DNA from: an uncultured Phycisphaerales bacterium | GTDB lineage: Bacteria > Planctomycetota > Phycisphaerae > Sedimentisphaerales > Anaerobacaceae | Length of the DNA stretch: 64,000 nucleotides | Reading direction: 5' to 3' | NCBI GenBank assembly: GCA_963772725.1 | Contig: CAVYYI010000001.1 | Location: 416,001-480,000, forward strand | Shown: one piece after another, positions 34,208-45,147 of the stretch | How positions within the stretch are numbered: the first letter of the stretch is position 1 | How the letters are laid out: every line of letters begins with the position of its first letter | Program-made: the position numbers and the translations under genes | Notes under the pieces: generated by a model | What the model was told of the DNA's origin: nothing | The model's input: the letters and a program-made list of their open reading frames with translations, nothing else | Databases searched by the model: none

Positions 34208-35484
34208 ATGGCTCAAAAACGCCTGTTATGGCATCTTTATCCTTCATTTTTAGTCATTACCATTGCATCTCTCATGGCAATGACATGGTATGTTTCGCAT
34301 TCCTTTCGCATTTTCTATCACAAGCAACTCGCCGGCGAGCTTGAAGCAAAGACCCGCCTTATTGAGTACCAAATTCTGCCAATAATAAAATCAGGGAATC
34401 CTGGCGAGCTTGACAATTTGTGCAAAAATCTCCGCACAGTTGGACTAACCCGCATAACCGTGATTCTGCCCGATGGCAGGGTCATAGCTGATTCCGATGA
34501 AAACACCGCACAGATGGTAAATCACGGTGATAGGCCGGAATTTAAGGAGGCTATGACAAAGGGCATGGGTACATCGCTTAGATTCAGCGCGACTCTCAAG
34601 AAAAATATGATGTATCTGGCCATCCCGATAAAACAGCAAAATAAAATAATCGCCGTTGTCAGAACTTCAATACCTGTTACGGCGGTCGATGAAGAGCTAA
34701 AACAAATCTACCAGAAGATTATATGGGCAAGTGTACTTATAGCAATTTGTGCTGCCGCCGCAGCTTTGGCAATCTCTAAAAAAATAAGCCGACCGGTAGA
34801 ACAGATGCGGCGTGATTTTGTGGCCAATGTTTCGCACGAGTTAAAAACGCCTGTAACCTCAATCAAGGGGTTTGTTGAGACCCTCTTGGAAGGGGCGTTA
34901 AATGAACCTGAACAGGCGGTTCGCTTTCTCAAAATAATAGCCAAACAATCCGACCGCCTGAATGCCATTATTGATGACCTGCTTACTCTCTCAACACTGG
35001 AAGAAGAGCAGCAGCAAAAAGAAATATCCTTTGAATTATCCGCAATAAAACCGGTTCTCGATGCCGCGGTAGAATTGTCGAGTTTTAAAGCCTCCCCAAA
35101 ACAGATTTTACTAACAGTCAGATGTGAAAGTAACCTCAAATCAAAGATTAACTCCGCATTACTCGAACAGGCCGTTGTGAACCTGATTGATAACGCGGTG
35201 AAATACAGTGAAAATAATAAAGAAGTAATAATAGAAGCCCAAAGAAATGATAAAGAATTAACTATAACTGTCAAAGACCAGGGCTCGGAATTCCACGGGA
35301 GCATTTAGGTCGAATATTTGAAAGATTTTATGTTGTCGATAAGAGCCGCAGCAGAAAACTCGGTGGTACGGGCTTAGGGCTGTCCATAGTCAAACACATT
35401 GCCCATGTACATGGCGGAACAGTCACCGTAGAAAGCCTTCTTGGTAAAGGCAGCACCTTTACTATTCATCTTCCTCAAAATTAA
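34208..35484 (+). CDS. phoR: PhoR-like sensor histidine kinase; frameshift near 35290
   Basis: Two TMs, NHGDRPE periplasmic motif, ANVSHELKTP, NLIDNAVKY; RIFERFY..DKSRSR..GGTGLGLSIVKH in the next frame. Confidence 0.85.
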
Positions 35485-35510
35485 ACTGAAAAATTGATTT
35501 TTCTTGTGTT

Positions 35511-35562
35511 TTAACCAAATTTTAACATAATTCTCATACACAGCTAACAACCCCAGTATAAT
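35511..35562 (+). promoter_or_regulatory. Putative Pho box array plus -10 element, upstream of the porin
   Basis: TTAACC, TTAACA, CTCATA, CTAACA at 11-bp spacing (35511, 35522, 35533, 35544); TATAAT at 35557. Confidence 0.7.
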
Positions 35563-35661
35563 CTGTCTTTAAACTTTTTTTAAAAATCGTATAGTCGGTA
35601 ACTCAGGAATGGCCTGGGACACGATAATAAATTTGAACAGTTTTGTCATGGAGGTAAAAAA

Positions 35662-36954
35662 ATGAAAAAAAGAATCAGGGGGCTGGTAATCGCAGTGATA
35701 TTTATCTGTCTTGCTGCCGGCGGAGCAAGAGGCGATGAGATGAGCGACCTCAAGCAGCAGTTGGCCGAACAGAATAAAAAGCTGCAGGAACTCCAGCAGA
35801 AGCTCGAAATACTCGAGGCACAGCAGAGTCAGCAGGATAAGGTTATACAGGAAAAGATAGCCAAAGCCGTAGATGAAAAAAAGATAGACAGCATGATACC
35901 GGAAAGCATTAAGTGGATTGAGAACATTAAATTCAGCGGTGATTTCAGATACCGTTACGAGATGATTGATGAAGAAGGCAGTGACAACCGTAATCGCAAC
36001 CGTATTCGCTTTCGCGTTGGTGCAACCGCGAAAGTCAGCGAAGATGTCGACTTAGGTTTCAGGCTCGCGACAGCCGAGGAAGTTTCAACAACCGGCAGCC
36101 ATACCGGCGGTGACCCTGTCTCTACGAATCAATCATTCGACGACGCGTTTAGTAAAAAAAGCATCTGGCTTGACCTGGCATATTTCATCTGGCATCCAAA
36201 GGATATACCCGGCCTCAACGTCATCGGCGGCAAGATGGAAACCCCGTTTTATCGCGTTGGCGGCAACCAGCTTATATTTGACAGTGACCTGACGCCTGAA
36301 GGTATCGCGGTCCAATATACAAAGCCTCTTACTGAACAGGATGAAGTATTTGTAAACGGTGGTGGCTTCTATGTTAACGAGGTCTCAGGTGGTGCAGACA
36401 CGAGCCTTTGGGGTATTCAGGGTGGATTGAAGCATACGTTCGAAAATAAGTCAACTCTTACCGGAGGGGCAAGTTATTACAGCTATGGCAATATCGAAGG
36501 TTCAGGACCTCTTGTCGGCAGCGGATTTCAGGGCAACTCAAATGCCGGTGGTTTGTATGTAAGCGATTATGATATAGCGGAAGTTTTTGGCGAATACGGA
36601 TTCAAATGCGGTCAAACACCGGCGGCTCTTTTTGCGGACTATGCCAAGAATACATCAGCGTCAACTTCTGAGGATACAGGCTGGCTCGTCGGCGGAAAAA
36701 TTGGAAAATGCAAAGACCCCGGCTCATGGGAACTCAGCTATGATTACCGCGACCTTGAAGCGGACGCTGTTCTGGGTGCGTTCAATGATTCCGACTTTAT
36801 CGGCGGCGGAACAAACGGCAAAGGTCATTGTTTTGGTGGCAAATATCAGCTTGCAAAAAACGTGCAGGCAAATCTGACCTACTTCCTTGATGAAAAAGGC
36901 AATGATAACCATAATTATGACCGTTTGATGCTTGACCTGTTGTTCAAATTCTAA
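35662..36954 (+). CDS. Putative outer-membrane porin with N-terminal coiled coil
   Basis: Signal peptide, coiled coil, FSGDFRYRYE, RNRIRFR, C-terminal LDLLFKF. Confidence 0.8.
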   Translation: MKKRIRGLVIAVIFICLAAGGARGDEMSDLKQQLAEQNKKLQELQQKLEILEAQQSQQDKVIQEKIAKAVDEKKIDSMIPESIKWIENIKFSGDFRYRYEMIDEEGSDNRNRNRIRFRVGATAKVSEDVDLGFRLATAEEVSTTGSHTGGDPVSTNQSFDDAFSKKSIWLDLAYFIWHPKDIPGLNVIGGKMETPFYRVGGNQLIFDSDLTPEGIAVQYTKPLTEQDEVFVNGGGFYVNEVSGGADTSLWGIQGGLKHTFENKSTLTGGASYYSYGNIEGSGPLVGSGFQGNSNAGGLYVSDYDIAEVFGEYGFKCGQTPAALFADYAKNTSASTSEDTGWLVGGKIGKCKDPGSWELSYDYRDLEADAVLGAFNDSDFIGGGTNGKGHCFGGKYQLAKNVQANLTYFLDEKGNDNHNYDRLMLDLLFKF

Positions 36955-36968
36955 ACGGCTTATAAGTT

Positions 36969-37022
36969 TTAATATAATACTAACATAGGCCTAACAAAAA
37001 ATTAACAATACAGGCGTAAAAT
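36969..37022 (+). promoter_or_regulatory. Putative Pho box array upstream of pstS
   Basis: TTAATA, CTAACA, CTAACA, TTAACA at 36969, 36980, 36991, 37002; TAAAAT at 37017. Confidence 0.75.
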
Positions 37023-37043
37023 AAAATGAAAGGAAGTATAAGT

Positions 37044-38057
37044 ATGAAAAAGACTATTGCGGTTTTATCAATAATGACATTACTTTTGACATTAGTGTCG
37101 GCAACTAAGGCTGAGGATATGCTAAACGGCGCGGGGGCGAGCTTTCCATATCCTATTTATTCAGCCTGGGCAGATGGCTATAACAAAGTTACCGGCATAA
37201 AGCTGAATTACCAGTCGATAGGTTCCGGCGGCGGAATTAAGCAGATTACCGAGCGAACCGTTGATTTTGGAGCATCTGATAAACCGCTTGAGCCAAATGA
37301 ACTGGCCAAGAACAACCTGCTTCAGTTCCCAGCGGTAATAGGTGGAGTAGTACCTGTCGTTAACATTAAAGGCATCGAGTCAGGAAAATTGAAACTCGAT
37401 GGTGAAACTCTTGCTAAAATCTATCTTGGCGAGATTAAAAAGTGGAACGATGCCAAAATCAAAGAACTTAACCCAGCACTTGACCTGCCGGAAAATGAGA
37501 TTACTGTAGTTCACCGCTCTGATGGTTCAGGCACAACCGCCATATTCACAGACTATCTCTGTGGTGTATCGCCTGCCTGGAAGGAAAAAGTCGGAACCGG
37601 CACCAGCGTCAGTTGGCCGGTCGGTATCGGCGGCAAAGGAAACGAAGGTGTGGCTAACTATACTCAGCGTGCCGCCAATTCAATCGGTTATGTGGAATTC
37701 GCTTACGCAAAACAGAATAAGCTGGTGCACGTTCTTTTGAAGAATAAAGCAGGGAATATTGTAGAGCCGAGCTTTGAAACATTTGAAGACGCTGCAGCAA
37801 CGGCTAACTTTGACCCTCAAAGACATTTTTATCTCTGGCTGAACAATGCCACTGGCAAGAATGCTTGGCCCATCGCCGGAGCAACATTTATTCTTTTGGC
37901 CAAGGAAAAAGCTGATTCAAACAAAAAAGTTGTAAAATTTTTCGAGTGGGCGTTCAACAACGGAGACATCAAAGCTAAAGAACTGATTTACGTTCCGCTG
38001 CCAAAATCTCTCAAAGATAAAATACGCGAATATTGGAAATCGAATGGTCTTCAGTAG
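37044..38057 (+). CDS. pstS: Phosphate ABC transporter binding protein (E. coli-like type)
   Basis: GAGASFPYP, YQSIGSGGG, DFGASD, HRSDGSGTT, GKGNEGV. Confidence 0.96.
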   Translation: MKKTIAVLSIMTLLLTLVSATKAEDMLNGAGASFPYPIYSAWADGYNKVTGIKLNYQSIGSGGGIKQITERTVDFGASDKPLEPNELAKNNLLQFPAVIGGVVPVVNIKGIESGKLKLDGETLAKIYLGEIKKWNDAKIKELNPALDLPENEITVVHRSDGSGTTAIFTDYLCGVSPAWKEKVGTGTSVSWPVGIGGKGNEGVANYTQRAANSIGYVEFAYAKQNKLVHVLLKNKAGNIVEPSFETFEDAAATANFDPQRHFYLWLNNATGKNAWPIAGATFILLAKEKADSNKKVVKFFEWAFNNGDIKAKELIYVPLPKSLKDKIREYWKSNGLQ

Positions 38058-38090
38058 AACAGCCTGATTAAAAATAAGAAGTTGAAATAT

Positions 38091-38127
38091 ACGGGTCAGG
38101 TATATATGTTATTTATACCTGACCTGT
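38091..38127 (+). terminator. Stem-loop between pstS and pstC
   Basis: ggtcaggtata / tatacctgacc. Confidence 0.55.
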
Positions 38128-38172
38128 TTAAGTAATATCATAAATCTAAGACAGTGCAGAAAGGGCGGTTAA

Positions 38173-39114
38173 GTGGCAATATTACGAAAGAAAAACTTTC
38201 TCGACCTGCTTTTTTGCTTTCTTACCGCTGCGGCATCCTTTACGGTTATCATTTTCATAATCGGAATCATACTGGTACTCTTAGGGGAATCTTCGCTTGC
38301 GATTGGCAAATTCGGGGTGATAAATTTTCTGACCTCTACCGCATGGGACCCTGTAAAGGGCATCTTTGGAGCGGCAACCACCATTTATGGTACTTTTGTT
38401 GTTACGGCTCTTGCTATGATTTTCGCAATACCAACAGCCATCGGCATCGCAATATTTGTTACCGAAATTGCGCCTAATTGCATTAAAGGCCCCATCGGTG
38501 CTGCGATAGAGCTGCTGGCCGCTATACCAAGCATTATTTATGGTATGTGGGGGCTGTTTACTCTTGCTCCTATTATGTCGAAATATATTGAGCCGACCCT
38601 CCAAAGTACTTTTGGAAAACTGCCATTTGTCGGCGTATTATTCAGCGGCACTCCGATGGGCATCGATTTATTGACTGCGAGCGTAATTCTCAGTATTATG
38701 ATTATTCCCTTTACGGCCAGCATAGCGAGAGACGCTTTTAATCTTACCCCGCCGGTGGTCAAAGAATCTGCATATGCCATCGGTGCGACAAAATGGGAAG
38801 TAATCAAAAATGTGGTGCTGCCATATTCCAAGATAGGTGTGTTCGGAGGTGTTTCGTTATCTCTTGGCCGGGCGTTGGGCGAGACTATGGCGGTTGCTTT
38901 TGTACTTGGAAACAACCACAAAATCGCCAAATCCCTTTTTGATTCAGCATCTACAATTACAGTGAGCCTTGCAAATGAATTCACAGAGGCTGACAGCGAC
39001 CTCTATCTGTCGTCTCTTTATTATCTTGCGCTCATACTTTTTGTGCTGAGTTTCGTAATACTGGCGATAGCGAAGTTATTTCTTCTAAAAGCGGAGAAAA
39101 AGTATTCACGATGA
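38173..39114 (+). CDS. pstC: Phosphate ABC permease
   Basis: ELLAAIPSIIYGMWG, GRALGETMAV. Confidence 0.95.
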   Translation: MAILRKKNFLDLLFCFLTAAASFTVIIFIIGIILVLLGESSLAIGKFGVINFLTSTAWDPVKGIFGAATTIYGTFVVTALAMIFAIPTAIGIAIFVTEIAPNCIKGPIGAAIELLAAIPSIIYGMWGLFTLAPIMSKYIEPTLQSTFGKLPFVGVLFSGTPMGIDLLTASVILSIMIIPFTASIARDAFNLTPPVVKESAYAIGATKWEVIKNVVLPYSKIGVFGGVSLSLGRALGETMAVAFVLGNNHKIAKSLFDSASTITVSLANEFTEADSDLYLSSLYYLALILFVLSFVILAIAKLFLLKAEKKYSR

Positions 39115-39953
39115 ATATCGAGAAAAGAAGAAAGATCGAGAGTTTTACGGCACTTACACTGAGCGGTTTAGCTGCCGCGATAGGTCTTTTCTGGCTTGTC
39201 TATATACTGGCTGACGTTCTTATCCATGGTCTGGGCGCACTGCATATCAGTCTGTTTTTAAAAGACCCCGCGCCGGCAGGTCAAGAAGGCGGAGGACTCA
39301 GAAACGCTTTTGTCGGGCAATTGATGATTACCTTAACCGCTTCTTTGATAGGAATTCCAATCGGTGTTATGGGAGGGACATTCCTCGCAGAGTATGCGCG
39401 GGGGAAAAAGATCGCACGAGTTATCAGCGTTCTTTCCGATATAATGGTCAGCGTACCCTCTATTGTAATCGGCGCTTTTGTTTATGCGTTGCTCGTCAGG
39501 CCGTTACAGCATTTCAGCGGGTGGGCCGGAGCGATCGCACTTGCTATTATAATGATTCCTGTGGTACTCAGAACAACCGAGGATATGCTATCCCTTGTTC
39601 CCTGGACTTTGAGAGAAGCGGCCTTTGCGCTTGGAGCGCCTTATTATAAAGTCATTATCCAGATTGTGTATCGCGGGGCGGCATCCGGTATTTTAACCGG
39701 CATTCTCCTGTCGATAGCCCGTGTTGCCGGTGAAACCGCACCGCTTCTTTTTACGTCGTTTAATAACAATTTTTTCTCGTGGGATATGAACAGACCGGTC
39801 GCGTCGCTGACGGTAAGTATTTTTCAGTACGCGATGGGGCCTTATCAAAGCTGGCATCTGCAGGCCTGGGGTGCGGCGTTTGTTATAACAATTTTCATAC
39901 TCATTCTTACCATTGCCGGAAGAGCCATATTAAAGTGGAGATATAAACTGTGA
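39111..39953 (+). CDS. pstA: Phosphate ABC permease
   Basis: [26 protein letters not shown]. Confidence 0.95.
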   Translation: MNIEKRRKIESFTALTLSGLAAAIGLFWLVYILADVLIHGLGALHISLFLKDPAPAGQEGGGLRNAFVGQLMITLTASLIGIPIGVMGGTFLAEYARGKKIARVISVLSDIMVSVPSIVIGAFVYALLVRPLQHFSGWAGAIALAIIMIPVVLRTTEDMLSLVPWTLREAAFALGAPYYKVIIQIVYRGAASGILTGILLSIARVAGETAPLLFTSFNNNFFSWDMNRPVASLTVSIFQYAMGPYQSWHLQAWGAAFVITIFILILTIAGRAILKWRYKL

Positions 39954-40714
39954 AGATGACAATCGAAATTGAGGCCAAAAACCTGCACTTTTACTATAAC
40001 GGGAATGTTCACGCCCTGCGAAACATATCGCTGCCAATTTATAAGAATAAGGTAACCGCACTGATAGGCCCATCTGGTTGCGGTAAAACAACGCTCCTTC
40101 GCTGTTTTAACCGGATGCACGATTTATATCCTAAACATCGCTACGTGGGGGACATTATTTTTAAGGGGAAAAACATACTGGCAGGCGATGTTGACCTTAT
40201 TCATCTTCGCAGTCTTATTGGAATGGTGTTTCAGAAGCCGACGCCCTTTCCAATGAGCATCACGGAAAATATCGCTTATGGTTTAAGGTTAAAAGGCGTG
40301 AAGGGTAAATCGGAGCTTACCGGTCGCATCGAGGAGTCGCTCAAACACGCCGCTCTTTGGGATGAAGTTAAAGATAAAATGGACGAAAGCGCATACCAGT
40401 TGTCCGGCGGCCAGCAGCAACGGCTCGTAATCGCGAGAGCATTGGCGGTTGAGCCTGAGATTCTTCTTTTCGACGAACCCACGTCCGCTCTCGATCCGAT
40501 ATCAACAGGCAAGATTGAGGACCTCTTAGTGCATCTGAAGGAAGAAGTTACCATCATCATTGTAACCCATAACATGCAGCAGGCGGCGAGAGTTTCGGAT
40601 ATGACGGGCTTTTTATACCTGGGGGAACTTATAGAATCCGGGGTCACCGAAAAGATATTCACCAACCCGGATGTAAAACAGACAGAAGACTATATAACAG
40701 GGAGATTCGGATAA
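39950..40714 (+). CDS. pstB: Phosphate ABC ATPase with canonical motifs
   Basis: [45 protein letters not shown]. Confidence 0.96.
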   Translation: MKMTIEIEAKNLHFYYNGNVHALRNISLPIYKNKVTALIGPSGCGKTTLLRCFNRMHDLYPKHRYVGDIIFKGKNILAGDVDLIHLRSLIGMVFQKPTPFPMSITENIAYGLRLKGVKGKSELTGRIEESLKHAALWDEVKDKMDESAYQLSGGQQQRLVIARALAVEPEILLFDEPTSALDPISTGKIEDLLVHLKEEVTIIIVTHNMQQAARVSDMTGFLYLGELIESGVTEKIFTNPDVKQTEDYITGRFG

Positions 40715-40715
40715 T

Positions 40716-41063
40716 ATGATAAAGCAGAATAAAAAAATATGGAAGATTCGCACGGTCAAAACCTACCCAGAGGCTCATAATCATATAATTATAGGTCAGG
40801 TTCTGGATACAACAGAGTCATGTATTCGCATGGATTGCAAAACGTACCATTTTGGCAAAGCCGTCAACAGCGAAAAAGATATTTGCTCAGGTTCCAGAAT
40901 GGTTCGTATAATCCCGTGGTGCAGAGTGGAAATAATAAATGAACTTTCAGACTCTTTCGATTATATAAATGCTCAGGTCTCGGCGGATAAAAATGGTATT
41001 ATAAATATAAGGGATAGCCAGTCTGTTTATAGTCTGGTCTCTCATGTCGGGAAAAAATATTAA
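40716..41063 (+). CDS. Hypothetical protein inside the pst operon
   Basis: 115-aa ORF tightly packed between pstB and phoU. Confidence 0.7.
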   Translation: MIKQNKKIWKIRTVKTYPEAHNHIIIGQVLDTTESCIRMDCKTYHFGKAVNSEKDICSGSRMVRIIPWCRVEIINELSDSFDYINAQVSADKNGIINIRDSQSVYSLVSHVGKKY

Positions 41064-41080
41064 ATGAACAGGGGATAAAT

Positions 41081-41749
41081 ATGCCGCAACACTTACAAAG
41101 AGAAATAGAATTGCTAAAGAAAAGAATACTCAACCTCAGCGCTCGGGTAGAAGCCACCGTCCACGACGCCACTCTTGCCATCGAACAAAGGGACGCCGTT
41201 TTGGCTCGCAAGGTTATAGATAATGATTTTGTGATTGACCAGAATGAAGTCGATGTTGAAGAGGATTGTCTCAAGATTCTTGCTTTGCATCAGCCGGTTG
41301 CGATAGACCTGCGTTTCATTATCGCGGTGTTAAAAATAAACAATGACCTTGAGCGAATTGGCGATTTGGCGGTCAATATCGCTGAACGCGCAGAATTTCT
41401 TGCCAGCCAGCCTAAACCTGGTATATCGTTCGATTTTTTCGGGATGGCGCATACCGCAGAATCGATGCTAAAGAAAAGTATTGATGCCCTGGTAAACCTA
41501 AGTGTTGGCCTTGCCCGGGAAGTGTGCGCAAGCGATGATACCATTGATGCCATGAATCGCGAGATGTATTTGAAAGTGCAAAACTCAATCCTCGCCCATC
41601 CTGAGCAGATAGCCTCCCTGATTCACATGCTTTCTGTATCCCGTCATTTGGAGCGGATTGCCGACCACGCCACAAACATTGCGGAAGACGTTATTTATAT
41701 GATTGAAGGGGAGATTGTCCGCCACAGAACCGAGGACTATAAGTCCTAA
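41081..41749 (+). CDS. phoU: Phosphate signalling protein PhoU
   Basis: QPVAIDLR, DLERIGD, LERIADHATNIAE. Confidence 0.96.
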   Translation: MPQHLQREIELLKKRILNLSARVEATVHDATLAIEQRDAVLARKVIDNDFVIDQNEVDVEEDCLKILALHQPVAIDLRFIIAVLKINNDLERIGDLAVNIAERAEFLASQPKPGISFDFFGMAHTAESMLKKSIDALVNLSVGLAREVCASDDTIDAMNREMYLKVQNSILAHPEQIASLIHMLSVSRHLERIADHATNIAEDVIYMIEGEIVRHRTEDYKS

Positions 41750-41774
41750 AAACCTATGATTTGATGCCCCCGAT

Positions 41775-41811
41775 AAATTTTCTTGCAAAGAAAATTTTGT
41801 CCTGTTAGAAT
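41775..41811 (+). promoter_or_regulatory. Sigma70-like promoter overlapped by a palindrome, upstream of the second pstS
   Basis: TTGCAA-17-TAGAAT; AAATTTTCTT-gca-AAGAAAATTT inverted repeat over the -35. Confidence 0.5.
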
Positions 41812-41820
41812 TCTTCAACT

Positions 41821-42699
41821 ATGAGCATAAAGATATTGTTGACAGCCTTACTTACTTTCGCAGTCGCCGGCTGCAAAGAAAATATTGACCCCAATGAACC
41901 CGTTGGTTTCCTGCAAATCAAGGGGTCTGATACCATTGTTAATGCTGCGCAGATGATAAGCGAAGAATTTATGAAGGACTATCATCATGTTTTTGTCGCT
42001 GTAACCGGCGGAGGCAGCGGTGTCGGCATTGCCTCGCTGATAAATAAAACGTGTAATGTTGCTACAGCGTCACGTGAGATGAAGCCAAAAGAAATACAGA
42101 TGGCTGAAAAAAGAGGTGTTTTCCCAAAAGAATTTATCGTTGCTTATGATGGCATCGCCGTCATCGTCAATAAAGATAATCCGATTGATAAGCTGACAAT
42201 CGAGGATTTGCACAAAATTTATACGGGACACGCCAAGAACTGGAAGGAATTTGGCGGAAAAGACCTGACTATTGTAACATTATCCAGAGAAGTAAGTTCA
42301 GGCACACACATATACTTCAAGGAAGAAGTCGTCCAACTTGGCAAAAAAGACAATGTCGAAGAATTTTCGTCTCAAACGCTTTTACTTTCCTCATCCCAGG
42401 CGATAGTGGAAGAAGTTGTAAATAACCAGGCCGCCATCGGTTATCTCGGAATGGGTTACATTTCTGAAAGAACAAAAACATTGAAGATTGCCAGGAATGG
42501 TCAATATTATCCTGTTGATATTGATAGCGTCCTTAAAAGGACATATCCTCTTGCACGGCCGTTATGTTTTTATACCGATGGTGAACCGCACGGTATAACA
42601 AAGCTGTTCATGGATTTTACTTTCAGCCCGAAAGGGCAGATGCAATTTGAAAAAAGTGGTTTCGTCCCATTGGAAAAAGATGTTGTCAAAAAAAATTAA
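41821..42699 (+). CDS. pstS: Second phosphate-binding lipoprotein (GSDT type)
   Basis: Lipobox VAGC, KGSDT, GGGSGVG, SRE.SSGT, YPLARPL. Confidence 0.9.
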   Translation: MSIKILLTALLTFAVAGCKENIDPNEPVGFLQIKGSDTIVNAAQMISEEFMKDYHHVFVAVTGGGSGVGIASLINKTCNVATASREMKPKEIQMAEKRGVFPKEFIVAYDGIAVIVNKDNPIDKLTIEDLHKIYTGHAKNWKEFGGKDLTIVTLSREVSSGTHIYFKEEVVQLGKKDNVEEFSSQTLLLSSSQAIVEEVVNNQAAIGYLGMGYISERTKTLKIARNGQYYPVDIDSVLKRTYPLARPLCFYTDGEPHGITKLFMDFTFSPKGQMQFEKSGFVPLEKDVVKKN

Positions 42700-43552
42700 A
42701 GAATATATCATCGAATCCTGTATAAAGCTGAGCGGCCTTCTGGTCATCGCGTTCGTATTTTTGATATTTTTATTCTTGCTCAAGGATTCTCTCTCTTTAT
42801 TCCGCGAATACAAGCTTGGCCAGTTTCTGTTCGGCAGGAACTGGTTACCGATTTCGGAACCGCCAAAATTTGGAATGGTTCCTCTCTTGCTCGGTTCGAT
42901 ATACGTTACTGCAGGGGCGATAATTATCTGTGTTCCGCTTGGCGTTGCCTCCGCGATGTTTATCGCTGAAGTTGCGCCGAAATCCATCAAACACATTCTT
43001 AAATCACTGGTTGAAATCCTCGCCTCGATTCCGAGCGTGGTTTTAGGCTTCATCGGTATTATCTGGCTCGGGCCGTTTCTAAAAAATACTTTTGGTCTAA
43101 CCACCGGTATGTGCGGCCTGACAGGAAGTTTCCTGCTTGCATTTATGGCGCTTCCGACAATCATAAGTCTCTCGGAAGATGCTCTTGTAAGTGTACCTAA
43201 AACTTTCAAAGAAGCCGCCTACGGACTTGGTGCGACAAGATGGCAAACTCTCTGGCGAATTATGCTTCCTTCCGCACTATCAGGAATTATCGCAGGCGTA
43301 ATGCTCGGTATAGGCAGGGTTATCGGAGAAACTATGGTTGTGATGATGGTTACCGGTAATTCACCTATGATTCCACAATCGATTCTCCAGCCACTCAGAA
43401 CTCTTACCGCTACAATCGCAAGTGAAATGGGAGAAACGGTCAGCGGCTCCGAACATTATTTCGCACTTTTTGCCGTCGGTCTGGTTTTATTTATAATAAC
43501 TTTCATTATCAATTTTACCGCTGAGGTCTTTTTACGGAAGGCTAAAAAATGA
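42680..43552 (+). CDS. pstC: Second phosphate ABC permease
   Basis: EILASIPSVV, GRVIGETM, RTLTATIA.EMGE. Confidence 0.93.
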   Translation: MLSKKIKEYIIESCIKLSGLLVIAFVFLIFLFLLKDSLSLFREYKLGQFLFGRNWLPISEPPKFGMVPLLLGSIYVTAGAIIICVPLGVASAMFIAEVAPKSIKHILKSLVEILASIPSVVLGFIGIIWLGPFLKNTFGLTTGMCGLTGSFLLAFMALPTIISLSEDALVSVPKTFKEAAYGLGATRWQTLWRIMLPSALSGIIAGVMLGIGRVIGETMVVMMVTGNSPMIPQSILQPLRTLTATIASEMGETVSGSEHYFALFAVGLVLFIITFIINFTAEVFLRKAKK

Positions 43553-44379
43553 ACTCTGCAAAAGTACGCGAAAAAATTGCTTTTATTATCCTCGGCTTTG
43601 CCACCATGATTGTCGTTATCCCCATATTTCTCGTAATATTCTACATAATTAAAAACGGCATAAGTACTGTAACATGGCAGTTTATTACCCAGCCGCCTCG
43701 CAACGGTATGAAGGATGGCGGCATATTTCCCGCGATTATCGGCACAATCATATTAATAATTTGCACAATGATTTTTACTCTGCCCATCGGTATTCTTTCC
43801 GCTATTTATCTCGTTGAATATGCAAAAGATAATCTCTTTACACGCTTGATTAAACTATCTGTCGTAAATCTTTCAGGTATCCCTTCTATTGTTTATGGCC
43901 TGTTCGGTTTTACGTTATTTGTCGTGTTTTTCGGGTTCGGCACATCTATCCTCGCTGGTTCTCTGACTCTTGCCATTATGAGTATGCCCGTTGTCATTAC
44001 CGCCACAAAAGAAGCCCTCGAATCCGTACCTGCCACCTACCGTGAAATCAGCCTCTCGCTCGGCGCAACCAAATGGCAGACAATCCGTTATTGCGTTTTG
44101 CCATACGCCATCCCTGGCATACTTACCGGAACTGTCCTGAGTCTTAGCAGGGCCGCAGGCGAGACAGCTCCGATTCTCTTTACGGTTGCCGCCTTTTATC
44201 TGCCTCGCCTGCCGCATTCGCTCTTTGACCAGGTTATGGCCCTGCCTTATCATTTGTATGTTATCTCAACTCAGGTTCCCAATATGCCCATAGAACTTAG
44301 TTTTGCCACAGGTCTGGTTCTGATAGCCCTGGTATTCCTGATGAATCTTGTTAGTATTATTCTGCGTGCCACATTATAG
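43549..44379 (+). CDS. pstA: Second phosphate ABC permease; probable 1-nt error near the stop
   Basis: GIPSIVYGLFG, RAAGETAPI; an alternative frame gives a typical ...HYRKKKQW end. Confidence 0.93.
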   Translation: MNSAKVREKIAFIILGFATMIVVIPIFLVIFYIIKNGISTVTWQFITQPPRNGMKDGGIFPAIIGTIILIICTMIFTLPIGILSAIYLVEYAKDNLFTRLIKLSVVNLSGIPSIVYGLFGFTLFVVFFGFGTSILAGSLTLAIMSMPVVITATKEALESVPATYREISLSLGATKWQTIRYCVLPYAIPGILTGTVLSLSRAAGETAPILFTVAAFYLPRLPHSLFDQVMALPYHLYVISTQVPNMPIELSFATGLVLIALVFLMNLVSIILRATL

Positions 44380-44391
44380 AAAGAAGAAACA

Positions 44392-45147
44392 ATGGTAGCA
44401 CCGACAATTATAAAAACAGCAAATCTCAATTGCTTTTATGGCTCTCAGCAGGTACTAAAAGACCTGAATCTCGAGATATATAAAAATGAAATCCTCGGGA
44501 TTATTGGCCCTTCCAATAGCGGCAAAACCACTTTTCTGCGGGCATTGAATCGCCTTAATTATCTTTCATCCGCATACTCGCAGACTGGCGATATAGTTTT
44601 CGATAACCAGGATATAAAGCAAATCAGCGACAGTTTGTTACGCAAAAAAATCGGTATAATTTTCGCTTTGCCTCAGGTGCTGCCAATAACCATTTATGAT
44701 AATGTCGCATACGGCCCGAAAGTTCACGGAATCACCGGTAAAGCTAATATCAGTGCCATTGTTGAAGATGCTCTAAAAAAAGCGTATCTTTGGGATGAGG
44801 TCAAAGACCGGCTTAATTTGCCTGCGCCAAGACTTTCCGGAGGTCAGCAGCAGCGGCTCTGTATCGCAAGGACTCTTGCCGTCGAGCCGGAAGTGATATT
44901 ATACGATGAGCCATGTTCCGGCCTTGACCCGATTTCCACCGCAAAGGTTGAGGACGCCATGCAGCAGCTAAAAGAACATTATACCCAGGTACTCGTAACA
45001 AATAATACCAAGCAGGCGGCGCGCGTCAGTGAGCGGTGCGGTTTCTTTCTGATGGGAGAACTGGTCGAAATAGATGAGACAGATGAGCTTTTCACTAACC
45101 CTAAGGATAATCGGACAGACGATTATATAACCGGAAGATTTGGATAA
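44392..45147 (+). CDS. pstB: PstB-like ATPase with degenerate Q-loop and H-loop
   Basis: [45 protein letters not shown]. Confidence 0.88.
   Translation: MVAPTIIKTANLNCFYGSQQVLKDLNLEIYKNEILGIIGPSNSGKTTFLRALNRLNYLSSAYSQTGDIVFDNQDIKQISDSLLRKKIGIIFALPQVLPITIYDNVAYGPKVHGITGKANISAIVEDALKKAYLWDEVKDRLNLPAPRLSGGQQQRLCIARTLAVEPEVILYDEPCSGLDPISTAKVEDAMQQLKEHYTQVLVTNNTKQAARVSERCGFFLMGELVEIDETDELFTNPKDNRTDDYITGRFG

Noticed and set aside
35586..35625. Purine riboswitch
   Set aside because: TCGTATA and AATGG resemble the consensus, but the TTTCTACC junction and P3 are missing.
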